From NCBI GenBank assembly GCA_965112155.1, contig OZ218105.1: a stretch of 64,000 bases of DNA; one strand, 5' to 3'. The position numbers and the translations under genes are program-made. The notes below the pieces were generated by a model. That model was not told where the DNA came from, searched no databases, and worked only from the letters and a program-made list of their open reading frames with translations. This document shows, piece by piece, positions 38,778 to 51,568 of this stretch. Numbering within the stretch: position 1 is the stretch's first letter; each line of letters begins with the position of its first letter. The DNA is from Podarcis liolepis. Its lineage: Eukaryota.

Positions 38778-39409
38778 GTTGCTTGATATCTCTAGTTGCA
38801 ACAAAATAGTACAAGTGCTAGTGCGAAATGCAATCTCTCTGTGGCATGCCATGTCTCTCATTACGTATGTGCCAGCTGAGAGAATATGTGCATATGTGTT
38901 TGCGTGAACAGATGATGGCAGACATGAAGCAGCACCTGGTGGTGAGTGCAATTTGTGCTCCAGTCTTGAGGAAAGAAACTCCCAGCTTCATGTCCCTATT
39001 GCAGAAAAATAAAAAAATCCAGCCCATACAATTACCATCTTCTCCCGTATGATCTGTGCTGCTTTGCAATGATGTAAGGTGAAACAAGAATTGTGGGTTG
39101 CATCTGTGTCCTACTCAGAGTTAGCCCACTGGAATCAATGGACCTAAGGTAGTCAGGTTAATTAATTTTCATGGGACTGTTCAAGGTAGGACTAACATTG
39201 AATAGAACCTTCTGAATAGAACCGCTATGATACCAGGTTGTCACTTTGGGTGGTGAAACTGCAGTGTGCACTCAAACCTTAACAGTGCTGTCCTGTGCCT
39301 GGCTATGTGTTATGTGCACCCATTTCTGTGCACTGGTATTTAATTTCTAGTGACTGCAGTGAGTGTTGTATCTTGGCTCAATTAAGCACTCATAATTAAG
39401 AGAGTGAAC

Positions 39410-39411
39410 CA

Positions 39412-39468
<57 letters not shown>
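39410..39468. repeat. Compound microsatellite (CA)n(GA)n
   Basis: Directly visible. Confidence 0.95.
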
Positions 39469-39471
<3 letters not shown>

Positions 39472-40274
39472 ATTGGTGTGCCATTCAGTGGCTGTAGCAT
39501 GAAGTAATGGCTAGCCCGGCCAATATCACCACAGATACAACAATGCCACAAATAGAGTTTATTGCCAACACCACTCCTAATGTTTCAGTAGAACTGGTTC
39601 ACCTATTCAGCTGCCAGTCATTGTGTCCAGGGAATTCAAGAGATATGCATGGATGCATGAACTTGCCTTCAGCCTAACACAGTGCTGAATGGAAATGCCT
39701 TTCACTATTAAAAGAGTTACATGCTTCTGTGCCCTGTGAGGCCAACAGAACACTGAATTGAAAGGGGACAAATGAGGCCTCTAGCCTAAAATTCCTAGGT
39801 TAGGATTTCAGAAACCTAAGTCAACACTAACAGATACCTAGTTCTAGGGATTTGATCAGTGCAAGGTCAGTTACAGTTCCTGGGATTCTCCATGATTGTC
39901 GAAGTGAATAAGAATGCTTTAAATGTATAGTTTCAATGTGATCCATGCCTCACATTTGGAATACCCTGAAACCTAGCTGAGCTTTGGCTGATGAAGTGCA
40001 GGGCTTTTACATATTTTATATATCAATATGATTTATATTGAGGGGAAGCTAGTCCAACAGGGTGAATGGGGGCACAAACCCACCAACCTATCCTCTTTCA
40101 GCCAGCCTCCACCCACCTGCCTTCTTACTTGGAACCAATCGGGAGGTGGCTCTTTGGCTAATTAAACTATCTATGGCATTTTAAACTGTGTGGTATTGTT
40201 TTTGTTATAATGTTATGCACTGTTGTTTTTAAATGGTAAACGATCCTGTCATACTCAATTGAAGGGCAGTATAA

Positions 40275-40625
40275 AAAGGTAAAGGGACCCCTGACCATTA
40301 GGTCCATTTGTGAGCGACTCTGGGGTTGCAGTGCTCATCTCGCTTTATTGCCCGAGGGAGCCGGCGTACAGCTTCCGGGTCATGTGGCCAGCATGACTAC
40401 GCCACTTCTGGCGAACCAGAGCAGCGCACGGAAACACCATTTACCTTCCCGCCAGAGTGGTACCTATTTATGTACTTGCACTTTGATGTGCTTTCAAACT
40501 GCTAGGTTGGCAGGAGCTGGGACCAAACAACGGGAGCTCACCCCATCGCAGGGATTCGAACTGCTGACCTTCTGATTGGCAAGTCCTAGGCTCTGTGGTT
40601 TAACCCACAGTGCCACACGCGTCCC
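40275..40625 (-). mobile_element. Sauria SINE, 16-bp TSD
   Basis: TSD ttgaagggcagtataa at 40259 and 40626; aaaggtaaaggg tail. Confidence 0.92.
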
Positions 40626-43544
40626 TTGAAGGGCAGTATAACAATTTAATAAATAAGTAAAATAAATATTGTTGGTCCCTCTTCCTTCCAGCCTACCAGT
40701 CCCAATGGCCCAGAGCCACCACTGTCTAGCTAGCTAGCGATCTGCACACATCACACCTCTGAATTTGTTCAGATTGGAGCAGGAAGATAAAAAGGAGAAG
40801 AAAATATTAAAACACTACAAGTGTAAGATCCCAAGTTTACACTAGGGCAAAGTGTTTCTCAGGCCACTGGGAAGGAAACACTTGTTCTTATTGAAGTTTA
40901 GATGGATTCGGTGGGCATGTTTTCCAAATGATTCTTCAAAAACAATTATGTCTACAATAATTTTCAGCTTCAAGTCATTCGTAAAGAAAGAAAAAAAAAG
41001 GCAGCATGCCACAGAGTTTGTCAACAAACCAAGAGAAAGTAAAAGCTACATGTGAAGCAATTCTCTATCTAAGCGCAACATTGCACACATTAGCACTTTT
41101 AACCTTGGCTAGTCAAGCAAGCAAGCAGGAGGTGGAAACTAGTGAATTTATCCTCTTCTTGAAAGAAAGGCTGCACATTTCTATGGCATGAAACTTCCCC
41201 GCACAATCAAGAGATGGAAGAGCTAGGTGCCTGCAGGGAACAATATGAAGTCAGGAATGAGTTCCATTTCTGAGCTCCCTCACCCTTCTTCACCACTTCT
41301 ATGCTAGCTTTGGTGCTTCATCCATGCTTTGATGGTTCATACCTATTATGTCTTGTTTTACATTATGTCTAAACCAGGGAACTCAGACAATGCCAGGGGG
41401 GAAAAGTCAGGAAATGATGTGAGGGATAGAAAGCGTGTTCCACTTCAGTATTTATTCCCAGTTTCACAAACCATGGTTTATGAAGCAGAAAAGGGCTACC
41501 AAAACACAGATGTGTTCTTCATTTTGGTAGGTTCAGCATCAAGAAGATACAAAGGTTTCACTAAAGCTAGGTGGTCGCTAGGTGGTGCATTTTGCACCTT
41601 ACTCTATGAGGCCAAATTGACAAAGCCAAATCAAAAGCCCCCCAGCATATTCCTTTCAAAACTAGTTTCACTTTCATTAAAAAAGTACAATAAATCCACA
41701 ATATATGCTTCTGAAACTAGATAATCAAATATACCTACATATATAGAATCCAAAATGCATATATTGATTCTATAAACCAACCAAGTGTTCTGCTTTCTAT
41801 TTAGTTTTATTTCATTGGTAACGATGTATCCATATCTGATGCAATCTTATTCTAACATTACTGATGCTAGCTTTGCCCTTGTATACAATTCTGAGTCCTA
41901 TGTTCATAAGGCAAATCTATCCATAATTTATTATTATGCAATCATTCTAGAGTAATTATTTTTGCTGCCTGATCCTTGTTGTTCGCTAGCTTGTGAGGTA
42001 ATAGGATTTCTCTCACAATGCTTGCAGCAATTTTCTGGGTTCTGCTGCTGAAGCATCTAATTGCTCTAATTTTTCAGCCTGATAGCTTATTTATTCTGAA
42101 TTATGGAACAGAAATTTGATGGTGGACAACATGTCGCTTCCAGGAAGCGAATCATACCTTGAGCTTAAGGTGAAGAGTAAAACAGATCGACAAGCTGAGC
42201 TTAAGTAACCAAACCAGCACAACCTTATATATGTTTAATCAGAAGCAGGTTTGACTGAGTTTAATTTGGCTAGTTTGATGGGTCTTACTCTCAAGCAAGC
42301 ATGCAGAGGATTGCACGGTACATTTTTAGGAGTGTGAAAACCTTCCTGTGAAATTCCGCAAGCCTTTCATAAATTATTTTTGCTTCCTTCAAGAGCATGC
42401 TGTTACTCCTCTTGGCCAAAATGTTCCTAGGACTTGTACTTCTTTTATGCATTCATCTCCAGATGGGAACCCTGTGCAAGTGAGATTACTGATTGTGGGT
42501 GAGGTAACTTGTTCTGCAGACATTCTGGGATCAAATCAGAAGCTGGGATGGCTTTCATAATTCTGGACTGTCCCTGGAAAATAGGAACACTTGGAGAGTA
42601 TGGGCTTATGTCACCGAAATTGCCTTGAAGGGTGCTTGCACATTTTCCTGTATAACTTTCCTTCTTGTAGGGCTAGGGAAAGGAAGGAAGGAAGAAGAAA
42701 GTCAGTCTGGCACCCCTTACAGACATAGGCCCTGGTGCAGGTACACCATTATTTATCTGACTGTGGTCACATGGCTCTGTATCCTTCTCCATGGTCCCTC
42801 AAAACAAATCAACATAGAAGAGGAATGCGTCTCAACAACTCTCAGGTTTATTCAGTGAACCGAAAGATAAGATCAACCCAGTAGCTGGGATGGGTTAACT
42901 TAACATTACACCACTTATGCTTTGCCTATCTTGTTTTTGGTCCTTCAGAGCTGCGAGTTCCAGTTTCCCTTTGAGATACATTGTCACCCACAGCTGTGGT
43001 TGTTACTGCTCATCTTCTTGTTTCAGGTTGGATGCAGTTGTAACAGACTCTCTTTGCTCACACCTCAGCCTCTACCCTTGGTCCTAACCAGCTGTAGCTT
43101 CAGCTACATTATAGTACTAGTCATGCCATTTCCCTTCCTAGCTATTCAGCTTCTTCTTACCCAAACACACCATGCTTCTTTATACACTATTTTCGTTTAA
43201 AAAGTACCTCTTGCCTTGTATGCCAGATCCAGTAACTCCTACCACTTGCTGCTCACTCTCAGTATCTAACCCATGTTCATCTTCCAATGGCTTGGTCAAC
43301 CATAACCCCTCTTCCCTTGTGTTTTCATCCATGACTTGTTCTGCCTCTGGATCTCCATTCTGGCTGGGTTCTTCTGCTCATCTCTCACATATACCAATCT
43401 TCAAATTAGATAAATAACTTACTTAAGTTACACTGAATTCAGTGGGACTTATGCCCAGGTAAATGGGGTTATGATTGCAGCCTGAATCAATGGGTTACTT
43501 GTAGCCAGTTCACTCTTAAGTATTATTTTCTACTTATGGAGCAT

Positions 43545-43960
43545 GCTTTTGCAGTGATCATGGTCAATATCATTATTGGTTCCTCCATTCCTGGTCATTT
43601 ATGACATCCATTTTGATCAGTTTATAGTATTAAATTGTTTTGTGAGATGGTTGTTAATGTTTGCAGTTATTAATATGGCATACAATTCAACTCCATTATA
43701 CCAATGACAGGTTGGCAAATCACTTCAGTGGGATATAGATTGCTCCCTTGCTCAATAGTATATCCTTTATTGGTAGGCAAGAAATGGGTCTATAGATTTT
43801 TCAGGACTGCTGGAATTGCTATCCATATAATTATATATAGGCAGAATAATTCAAAATTCATTGATGGAAATCTGACAATCTGTCGTGCCTTGGTGTAATT
43901 TTTTAAGGTGCCCATATTTTTTTAGTTCTTTACATCAATAACTGTACCAATATCATCTCT
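43545..43960 (-). mobile_element. Highly decayed non-LTR RT fragment (R4/Dong-like)
   Basis: Minus strand 43794-43771 encodes YRPISCLP; frameshifted GC.K...EQL.ID-like remnant downstream. Confidence 0.5.
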
Positions 43961-44613
43961 CTCTTTTTTTTTTTTTTTTGCTTATATGATTTATATTACT
44001 TTCTATTACTTTCAACAGACTTCTAAAGCACACACTCACACACACTCACAGAGAGAGCTAGCTAATAGAACAGTAGATATTTATTCAATTGTTAGAGGAT
44101 ACACAACACTGGTTGAGCTCCAGCCTTATCATTTTATATACACATTTAGGGGCATATTTGCAAATATTTGCTGCAGCAAACTTTATTATTAATGTAAGAA
44201 GGAGACTAGTATGCACAACGAAAGAATTTTACTTGAAATATGCAACCCACTTCCAATGATACCTACAATGTTTGTGCTTTACATTTACATTCCTTGTGTG
44301 CTGTTTGAAAAACCTCTTTCCTTCATATTGTTACAAAAGTTGGGTGCCCCCCCCCCGCCAAGCGGTGGCAAGAGGCCATGGGGTTCCAGGCACTCACCCA
44401 GCACCTGTGCTCCTTTGGAGAATCGAAGATATGGCAGAGACTGTCATAGCTTAAAGAAATATGGTTTATTCATGGGAAGGAGTCCAGATCTTACAGTATG
44501 GTTATCGCAAGAAGGGTTTGTTCCCGATATCTCCTTATTTTGCTGCTCGTAAACAATATGCCTCCTTTATTTAGTTGCATTCTAATGGCCATTTCTTTTG
44601 ATGCTCTGAAGTA

Positions 44614-44981
44614 AAAGGTAAAGGGACCCCTGACCGTTAGGTCCAGTCGCGGACGACTCTGGGGTTGTGGTGATCATCTTGCTTTATTGGCTGAGGGAGC
44701 CGGTGTACAGCTTCCGGGTCATGTGGCCAGCATGACTAAGCCGCTTCTGGCAAACCAGAGCACACATGGAAACGCTGTTGACCTTCCCGCCGGAGTGGTA
44801 CCTATTTATCGACTTGTACTTTGACATGCTAGGTTGGCAGGACTGCTAGGTTGGCAGAACTGCTAGGTTGGCAGGAGCAGGGACCGAGCAATGGGAGCTC
44901 ACCCCGTCGTGGGGATTCAAACCGCCGACCTTCTGATTGCAAGCCCGAGGCTCTGTAGTTTAGACCACAGTGCCACCTGTG
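44614..44981 (-). mobile_element. Sauria SINE with 34-bp TSD and internal triplication
   Basis: ttctaatggccatttcttttgatgctctgaagta at 44580-44613 and 44982-45015; tgctaggttggcag three times. Confidence 0.92.
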
Positions 44982-45710
44982 TTCTAATGGCCATTTCTTT
45001 TGATGCTCTGAAGTACTAATGGTTAATCCCTCCCAGGTGTCACCTAACAAAGGAGCTTCCCTGAGTTCATCAACACTTGTTGATTGACTAGGATTAAGGA
45101 CTGGTTAACACTTAGGACATTTACATAGGTTAATTAACTCTTCACATGCTAATTACTGATGCTCAGAAGTAGGTACACACATTCCAAAATGCATGGGACT
45201 TGATTATATTCTCAAAGTCTGACAGTCTTTACACATAAACACTACTTAAATACCTCAAACTCTTTGCATAACCTCCTTTCTAATACACTTTGATACTCCC
45301 TTATTGCATATCCTAGTTATAACATGCAAGTTCTAATTTAATCCTAATATTTACTAAACCTAAACGTTTAGCACCGCAGATCTATTACAATACGATCGTT
45401 CGCAGTGTTTGGTTACTGCCAGTGACTGTTGATACAATACTCAGAGTAACTGCTGGATACTGTAAATCTCTATTATTATGTGCTAAAGTTATATGAAGGC
45501 ATGGTTTTATAAACCAGTTACTCTTAGTTTTGTTCTGTGTTAAAGTTCCTTGGCTTCCCTTTCTTTTGCCAACCTTAGCAGAATAGAACACTAAGACATC
45601 GACATCAATAGTGCAATCTATACATGTTTTATCAGAAGTAAACCCTATGGGGTTGTGCTTGGACTTACTTCCAGATAAATGTGTGTAGGATAAGGACTCA
45701 GCATTACTTA

Positions 45711-46070
45711 AAGGTAAAGGTACCCCTGACCATTAGGTCCAGTCGCAGACGACTCTGGGGTTGTGGCGCTCATCTCGCTCTATAGCGAGGGAGCCAGTGT
45801 TTGTCCGCAGAAAGTTTTCCCGGGTTATGTGGCCAGCATGACTAAGCCGCTTCTGGAGAACCAGAGCAGCACATGGAAACACCATTTACCTTCCTGCCAG
45901 AGCGGTACCTATTTATCTACTTGCACTTTGACATGCTTTCAAACTGCTAGGTTGGCAGGAGCTGGGACCAAACAACGGGAGCTCACCCCATCGCGGGGAT
46001 TTGAACCGCCAACCTTATTATCAGCAAGACCCAGGCTCTGTGGTTTAACCCACAGCGCCACTCACGTCCC
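45711..46070 (-). mobile_element. Sauria SINE, 13-bp TSD
   Basis: TSD tcagcattactta at 45698 and 46071. Confidence 0.92.
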
Positions 46071-46097
46071 TCAGCATTACTTAGCTAAATAATAATA

Positions 46098-46448
46098 CAG
46101 TGGTGCCTTGCAAGACGAAATTAATTCATTCCACGAGTTTTTTCGTCTAGCGAATTTTTTGTCTTGCGAAGCACGGTGACGGAAAAGTTTTGGAAAAGCT
46201 TCAAAAATCACCAAAAACCTCAAAAAAGGCTACCACACCGCGTTCTATGAGTTGCTCCTCGAAGTCAAGTCGCAACTGTATTAACGGTGTTAAGAGAAAG
46301 GAAACAAACTTGCAAAAAACGCAAGACGTTTTCGTCTTGCGAAGCAAGCCCATAGGGAAATTCATCTTGCGAAGCAGCTCAAAAACTGCAAAACCCTTTC
46401 GTCTAGCGAGTTTTTCATCTTGCGAGGCATTCGTCTTGCGGGGCACTG
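46098..46448. mobile_element. Second Tigger-like MITE family (351 bp), TA TSD, inserted in an L2 (TAA)n tail
   Basis: ta|CAGTGGTGCCTTGCAAGACGAA...TTCGTCTTGCGGGGCACTG|ta; repeated ttcgtcttgcga subterminal motifs. Confidence 0.85.
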
Positions 46449-46450
46449 TA

Positions 46451-47100
46451 ATAAAAATAAATTTTATTTGTACCCCGCCCGCCCCGGCTGGAGCCGGCCT
46501 CAGAGCAGCTAACATCATATAAATAACACAGTATACATAAAAACAGGCATCAATTAATTAAAATACATCTTAAAATTAATCCAGACAAATTAAAATCTGG
46601 ACAAATGGCAGTTATCAAGTTAAGATTGAGAACGGTTAATACTTGTCAGGACCAACTGTTTTCACTGATTATATAAGGATCTGTTAACAGGCTGGGAGGC
46701 CTCCTTCATGCTTGTTCTTATATAAAGGAAATTAGATCAGACTGTACCCTGGCCGAAGGCCTGGCAGAACAGCTCCGTCTTGCAGGCCCTGTGGAAAGAT
46801 TGTCAAATCCCGCAGGGCCCTAGTGTCTTGTGGGAGAGCATTCCACCAGGCCGGGGCCACGGCTGAAAAGGCCCTGGCTCTGGTTGAGGCCAGTCTAATT
46901 TCCCTGGGACCGGGGATCTTCAAAGTGTTATTGTTTGCAGACCATAAGGTCCTCCATGGGGCATACCAGAGGAGGCAGTCCCATAGCTACAAGGGTCGTA
47001 GGTTGTATAGGGCTTTGAAGGTTGAAACCAGCACCTTAAACCTGATCTTGTACTCCACTGGGAACAAGTGCAGCTGGTATAGCACTGGGTGAATGTGATC
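46451..47100 (-). mobile_element. L2 LINE 3' fragment (second subfamily, long 3' UTR)
   Basis: ORF 46732-46923 IRLASTRARAFSAVAPAWWNALP; tail ggcggggtacaaataaa. Confidence 0.85.
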
Positions 47101-48076
47101 CCACAGCAAGAAGAAAGAAACTTTACTAGTTCCATTTCTGCAGCTCACCTATTGTTTACGCAAAGTAAGTTGCACCTAAATAATGAGGGGTGGTGATGGC
47201 CTGCCCCATCCTCACAACACCCAGAAGTTCAGCTGTGATAATCACTTTGCTCTTAACTTTCAGCACAGCTCTTATCACTCACCCCAAATTGTTCTGTGTC
47301 AGAGTCATTTGCAATAGTTGCAAACTCTCGCAAAACTATTGGTCCATGAAGGAAAAGGTGCGGTCTGGTGATTGAACGCTTTGGCCTCGGAGTGCAGAGA
47401 GCCAGCCAGCATCTAGGCTAAAAATCTGCTACTCATTGTCCCTCATCTGATATGAATCCTTGCCTACAGTGTATTATGATATCAATTATACATCTGTGCA
47501 CACCATTTATAATTAAAGGGTTTTTTCATGTTAAGACTGGAGCTACAAATCTGTTGAATGTTTATAGCAAAGAGGATCATTATTTTTTCAGGTACAAAGG
47601 CTGCATGGGCAGAATTTTTTACAAGCTGGTTTAAGACAGGTAAGCCTGCAGAGATTCCCCCCCCCCTGCCTCCCCTGTTTAAAATAAGAAGGAACACATT
47701 AATGTGCAGGAGTTAAGAGTGGAAGGATCTCATCTGAAGGCAGATATGCAGTTTGTTAATATTACTTTGCTTTTTTAAGGAAAATAGAAAAATGCAAAAG
47801 ATAACAAAATAGTAAATTCTATCCATGTCTCTGCATCTCTCACACAATATTTGGCTCAGCCTTTCACATTTGTTTTTGCAGTTTCACAGCATATACATGT
47901 TTATGAATCTGGTAGTCTAATTGGATGCTAATAGGATATGCTTAACAAAGAAAGTTAGCACTTGTTTGGTGATAATTTTTTGTACTGTTGCCTACTGCGC
48001 AGGAAAAATAATAACCTAACTAGATTTGCTGTGAGTGTGTGTAGATAAAGATGATATAGATACAGGCAGTTGCTCC

Positions 48077-48079
<3 letters not shown>

Positions 48080-48119
<40 letters not shown>
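48080..48119. repeat. (TG)n microsatellite
   Basis: Directly visible. Confidence 0.95.
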
Positions 48120-48125
<6 letters not shown>

Positions 48126-48656
48126 TCATAGACTGCACAGTGTATGCATGTGCATCTTTCATATCTTCTGCTTACAGACTTTCCTGAGTGAAGAAAAATC
48201 AGTGTAACAGCTTGGTAGTAACAGCTGCAGGGTTTGCAATTGTACCCATTTCCCTGTACAATTTCTTCACCTAGTGCTAGAGCCCAAATACAAGCTCTGC
48301 CCGCAACATCTGCTAGCACCAGCCACAGAAGTAGTTAAGTACCTTTTGCTGCTATTGGGTCCCTCCAGGCTTTATCTCGGATGCCAGCGAAATGTCAAAA
48401 GGGGTTTTGTATGTTTGTTTGCTTGCTTGCTTTAAACAAACTGGCAAAACTAGCACTTTGTCCTAGACATGCATATGTTAACTTATAGCTGCCACAATGA
48501 GGTCCTTTTCAATCGGAACACATAGTAAAACACTCATTTGTGACATAATTTGGACAATTCCATTAGAGGCTTGTGTCTGTGAGCGTACTTACATGCAAAT
48601 ATGCACCTAGAGTGTTTTTGCAAAAGTGGATACCCACTGAAAAGTTGTGGCAAGCA

Positions 48657-48830
48657 TTTTTTTTTAAAAAAATAATTTTTATTAAGATTTTCATTTTTCC
48701 AGTATTACATCATAACAAATAACATAATCCACAATTCTAAAATTTCCCCATCCCCCCCCCCCCCCCCGGACTTCCCTCAACCTCCTTCTCTGGTTTATTT
48801 CAAAATAATATGATTTCCCTTCATATTTCC
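48657..48830 (-). mobile_element. L1-type LINE 3' UTR/polyA fragment
   Basis: Minus strand G-rich tract then AATAAA and an A-rich tail. Confidence 0.55.
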
Positions 48831-49057
48831 TGGCAAGCTTCTTTATTGATGGCATCTGGGATGGTCATGCAGGAAACAGATATGGTGATTCAGTGAATTG
48901 CTATGACCTTTAAACTGCCCCGCTGTGACACTGCTTTAAGCAGCTATGACTTCCCCTAAAGAATCCTGGGAACTGTAGTTGGTTAAGTGTGCTGAGAGTT
49001 GTTAGGACCCCCTGTTCACCTTGCAGAGCTACAGTTCCCAGAGTTCACTAGGAAGAG

Positions 49058-49327
49058 GTTGTTGTTGCTTAGTTGTTTAGTCGTGTCCGACTCTTCATGA
49101 CCCCATGGACCAGAGCACGCCAGGCACCCCGTCCTCCACTGCACACCACAGCTTGGTCAAACTCATGCTGGTAGCCTCGAGAACACCGTCCAACCATCTT
49201 GTCCTCTGTCATCCCCTTCTCCTTGTGCCCTCCATCTTTCCCAACATCAGGGTCTTTTCCAGGGAGTCTTCTCTTCTCATGAGGTGGCCAAAGTATTGGA
49301 GCCTCAGCTTCACGATTTGCCCTTCCA
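49058..49327 (-). mobile_element. Bov-B (RTE) LINE 3' end
   Basis: Minus strand aagctgaggctccaatactttggccacctcatgagaaga...gaccctgatgttgggaaagat...gtccatggggtcatgaagagtcggacacgactaaacaac(aac)n. Confidence 0.9.
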
Positions 49328-49394
49328 TTGACTGTTAAACCACTCTGGAAATTGTAGCACACTGATGGAATTTTATGTAGAAGCCGTGACTCTA

Positions 49395-49620
49395 CAGTGG
49401 TACCTCGGGTTACATACGCTTCAGGTTACAGACTCCGCTAACCCAGAAATAGTACCTCGGGTTAAGAACTTTGCTACAGGATGAAAACAGAAATGGTGCT
49501 CCAGCGGCGCGGCAGCAGCGGGCGGCCCCATTAGCTAAAGTGGTGCTTCAGGTTAAGAACAGTTTCAGGTTAAGAACGGACCTCCAGAACGCATTAAGTA
49601 CTTAACCCGAGGTACCACTG
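49395..49620. mobile_element. Tigger-like MITE, 226 bp, TA TSD
   Basis: ta|CAGTGGTACCTCGGGTTA...TAACCCGAGGTACCACTG|ta. Confidence 0.92.
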
Positions 49621-49681
49621 TATAGGTCTTCTTATTCACCCCAAGATGTACAGCCCTGGTCCCTGTCACTCCCAGCTACAA

Positions 49682-49971
49682 CAGACCCTCCAAGTGTCCC
49701 TATTTTCCAGGGACATATCTGATTTAGAAAAGCCATCCCAGTTTCTGATTTGATCCCAGAATGTCCCACTTTTCTTTAGGACATCCCTATTTTCATTGGA
49801 GAAATGTTGGAGGGTATGGAGTTATTTGACTCCTGAGTTTTTTTGGAAGCAATCCTGTACAGGGATGGGTTTTTTAATGTTTAATGTTTTGTTATATTTT
49901 TATATATGTTGGAAGCTGCCCAGAGTGGCTGTGGCAACCCGATTTTCAATGGAGAAATGTCGGAGAGAATG
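49682..49971 (+). mobile_element. Composite MITE (CAGACCCTCCAA terminus, 6-bp TSD CTACAA) carrying an L2 tail
   Basis: ctacaa|cagaccctccaag...ttggagggtatg, spacer, L2 3' UTR, second end gaaatgtcggagagaatg|ctacaa. Confidence 0.7.
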
Positions 49972-51568
49972 CTACAACTTCCTATTTTTGCTTACTTCTA
50001 GCCATCTGTATTCCTAAACTAGCTGGCTAATGGGGAATAGACCGTGAATCTTAAGCTTCTGAGTACCAAACAGGGATTGCTGACCTTTATCAAAAATCTT
50101 TAATTCCCTTTATAATTCCTACAGATGTTTCTTCTGAGCAGGACCTTATAAATGTTTATAGTTATCTTGTTTTATTTATTGTTGTCAGCTCTGACAATTG
50201 TGTTCTGTGCTGCTTTCTTTTTTCTTGTGTAAATTGCTCGAGAAAGGCAGCCAAAAAAGTATTTTAAAGGAAACTTTTAAATAAAATTCACTATTATGCA
50301 TTTATTTAGTAAGTATTTCTACTTACAGCCCATCCTCCACTGAATAATTGAAGGGTGCACAACAGAAAATATGGCAGTTAATGTAATTATTAATAGAATT
50401 GATTATATTAAAAGTAATAAAATAAAAACAGTGAATCAATGACAATCTTAGTAAAACAACAGCACAGAACAACAGTGTAGCAGGACGGAAGGCGACCTCT
50501 CAACCCCTGTGATTTTTTTTTTTTTAATTTAGGATATCTAGTAAAACACAAGTGTAGGGATGGGCATATATGTCATTTTTCATCCATCTAAATTTATTAT
50601 TTTTCCAGTCCTATGTTCAGCACTCCACAGTTCCACTTCAGTTTGCAATGATTATTCTTTTAAGGTTCTGATGAAATTTCATCAGTATTTTACTGCAAAT
50701 TTCTCCCAATGTACACGTTTGCATGCAACCTTTCCTAATATAATATTTTTGTAGAAAAGCTTTTCTTAATATAATGCATTTCTGTTTAATAAATGTTGAC
50801 TCTTCAATAGATGCTAATTCCATCTGCAGAAGCCATCTCCTCTTTTGTGTGTGCATGTGTGAGAGAGAATTCCTGCTATGAGAAGGGAAGGAGATTTTGT
50901 GCTTCTGGCAAAGTACCATAAAGTTTGGGGGTGGTTTTGCTTATCATAATTCTAGATAAGGTGGCCAGGAGTAAACGCTGTTTTGCATTTGCCAGACTTT
51001 CCCATTAAATCAATTTCAGGCTGTGGTGCTGAGAGATACTCCTGAGTCCTCCATGTTTCCCACAGTATTTAGCCACCATAAGGAGGAGATTGTTTAATTA
51101 GAGATGTCTTGCTTAACGTCTCTGTTCAGTCGCATTATCCACCCCACCACCTCTCACTACTTTTAGTTAGGCTTCTCTGCCACCAGATAAAATAAAAGAG
51201 GATTTCAATCAGTTTCTCCCTTGCCTTGGATTACAGCTGCATTCATTTCAATTTGACATTTGTTTTATTTCCTGACTGATCTGATTTGAACGCAATCACT
51301 CTTGAGCAGGAGCAAGTAAGGAACTGAAAATAGACATCTTGACCTCATCCTCCAGCTATTCTCTTTGTCCTGTAGCCAGTATCATCTTCCTCCCTCTTCT
51401 TTTTATAGTTGTGAAAAACAAATATTCATTTCTCAGAAATGATGGGGTTACTTCAGAAGCTGTCTAAGCTCGGGGGTGGGGGCGGAGAGAGAGAGGTGAC
51501 TCTCAATTGTAGGAGAAGCAGGTGCCTTAGCCAGGGTTAACCCACCTAATGCCTGCCAGATGTTAAAC

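Noticed and set aside
38223-38786. GC-rich ORFs or CpG-island promoter
   Set aside because: Almost entirely within a hAT MITE with TIRs and an 8-bp TSD
44329-45400. Possible reverse-orientation LTR hosting the 34-bp-TSD SINE (similar hints at 42700-43400 and 55766-56248)
   Set aside because: TG start and reverse polyA-like signal seen, but no matching CA end with a TSD could be fixed
46190-46522. Overlapping 105-110 aa ORFs
   Set aside because: Products of a repetitive non-autonomous MITE and the adjacent L2 tail; no transposase motifs
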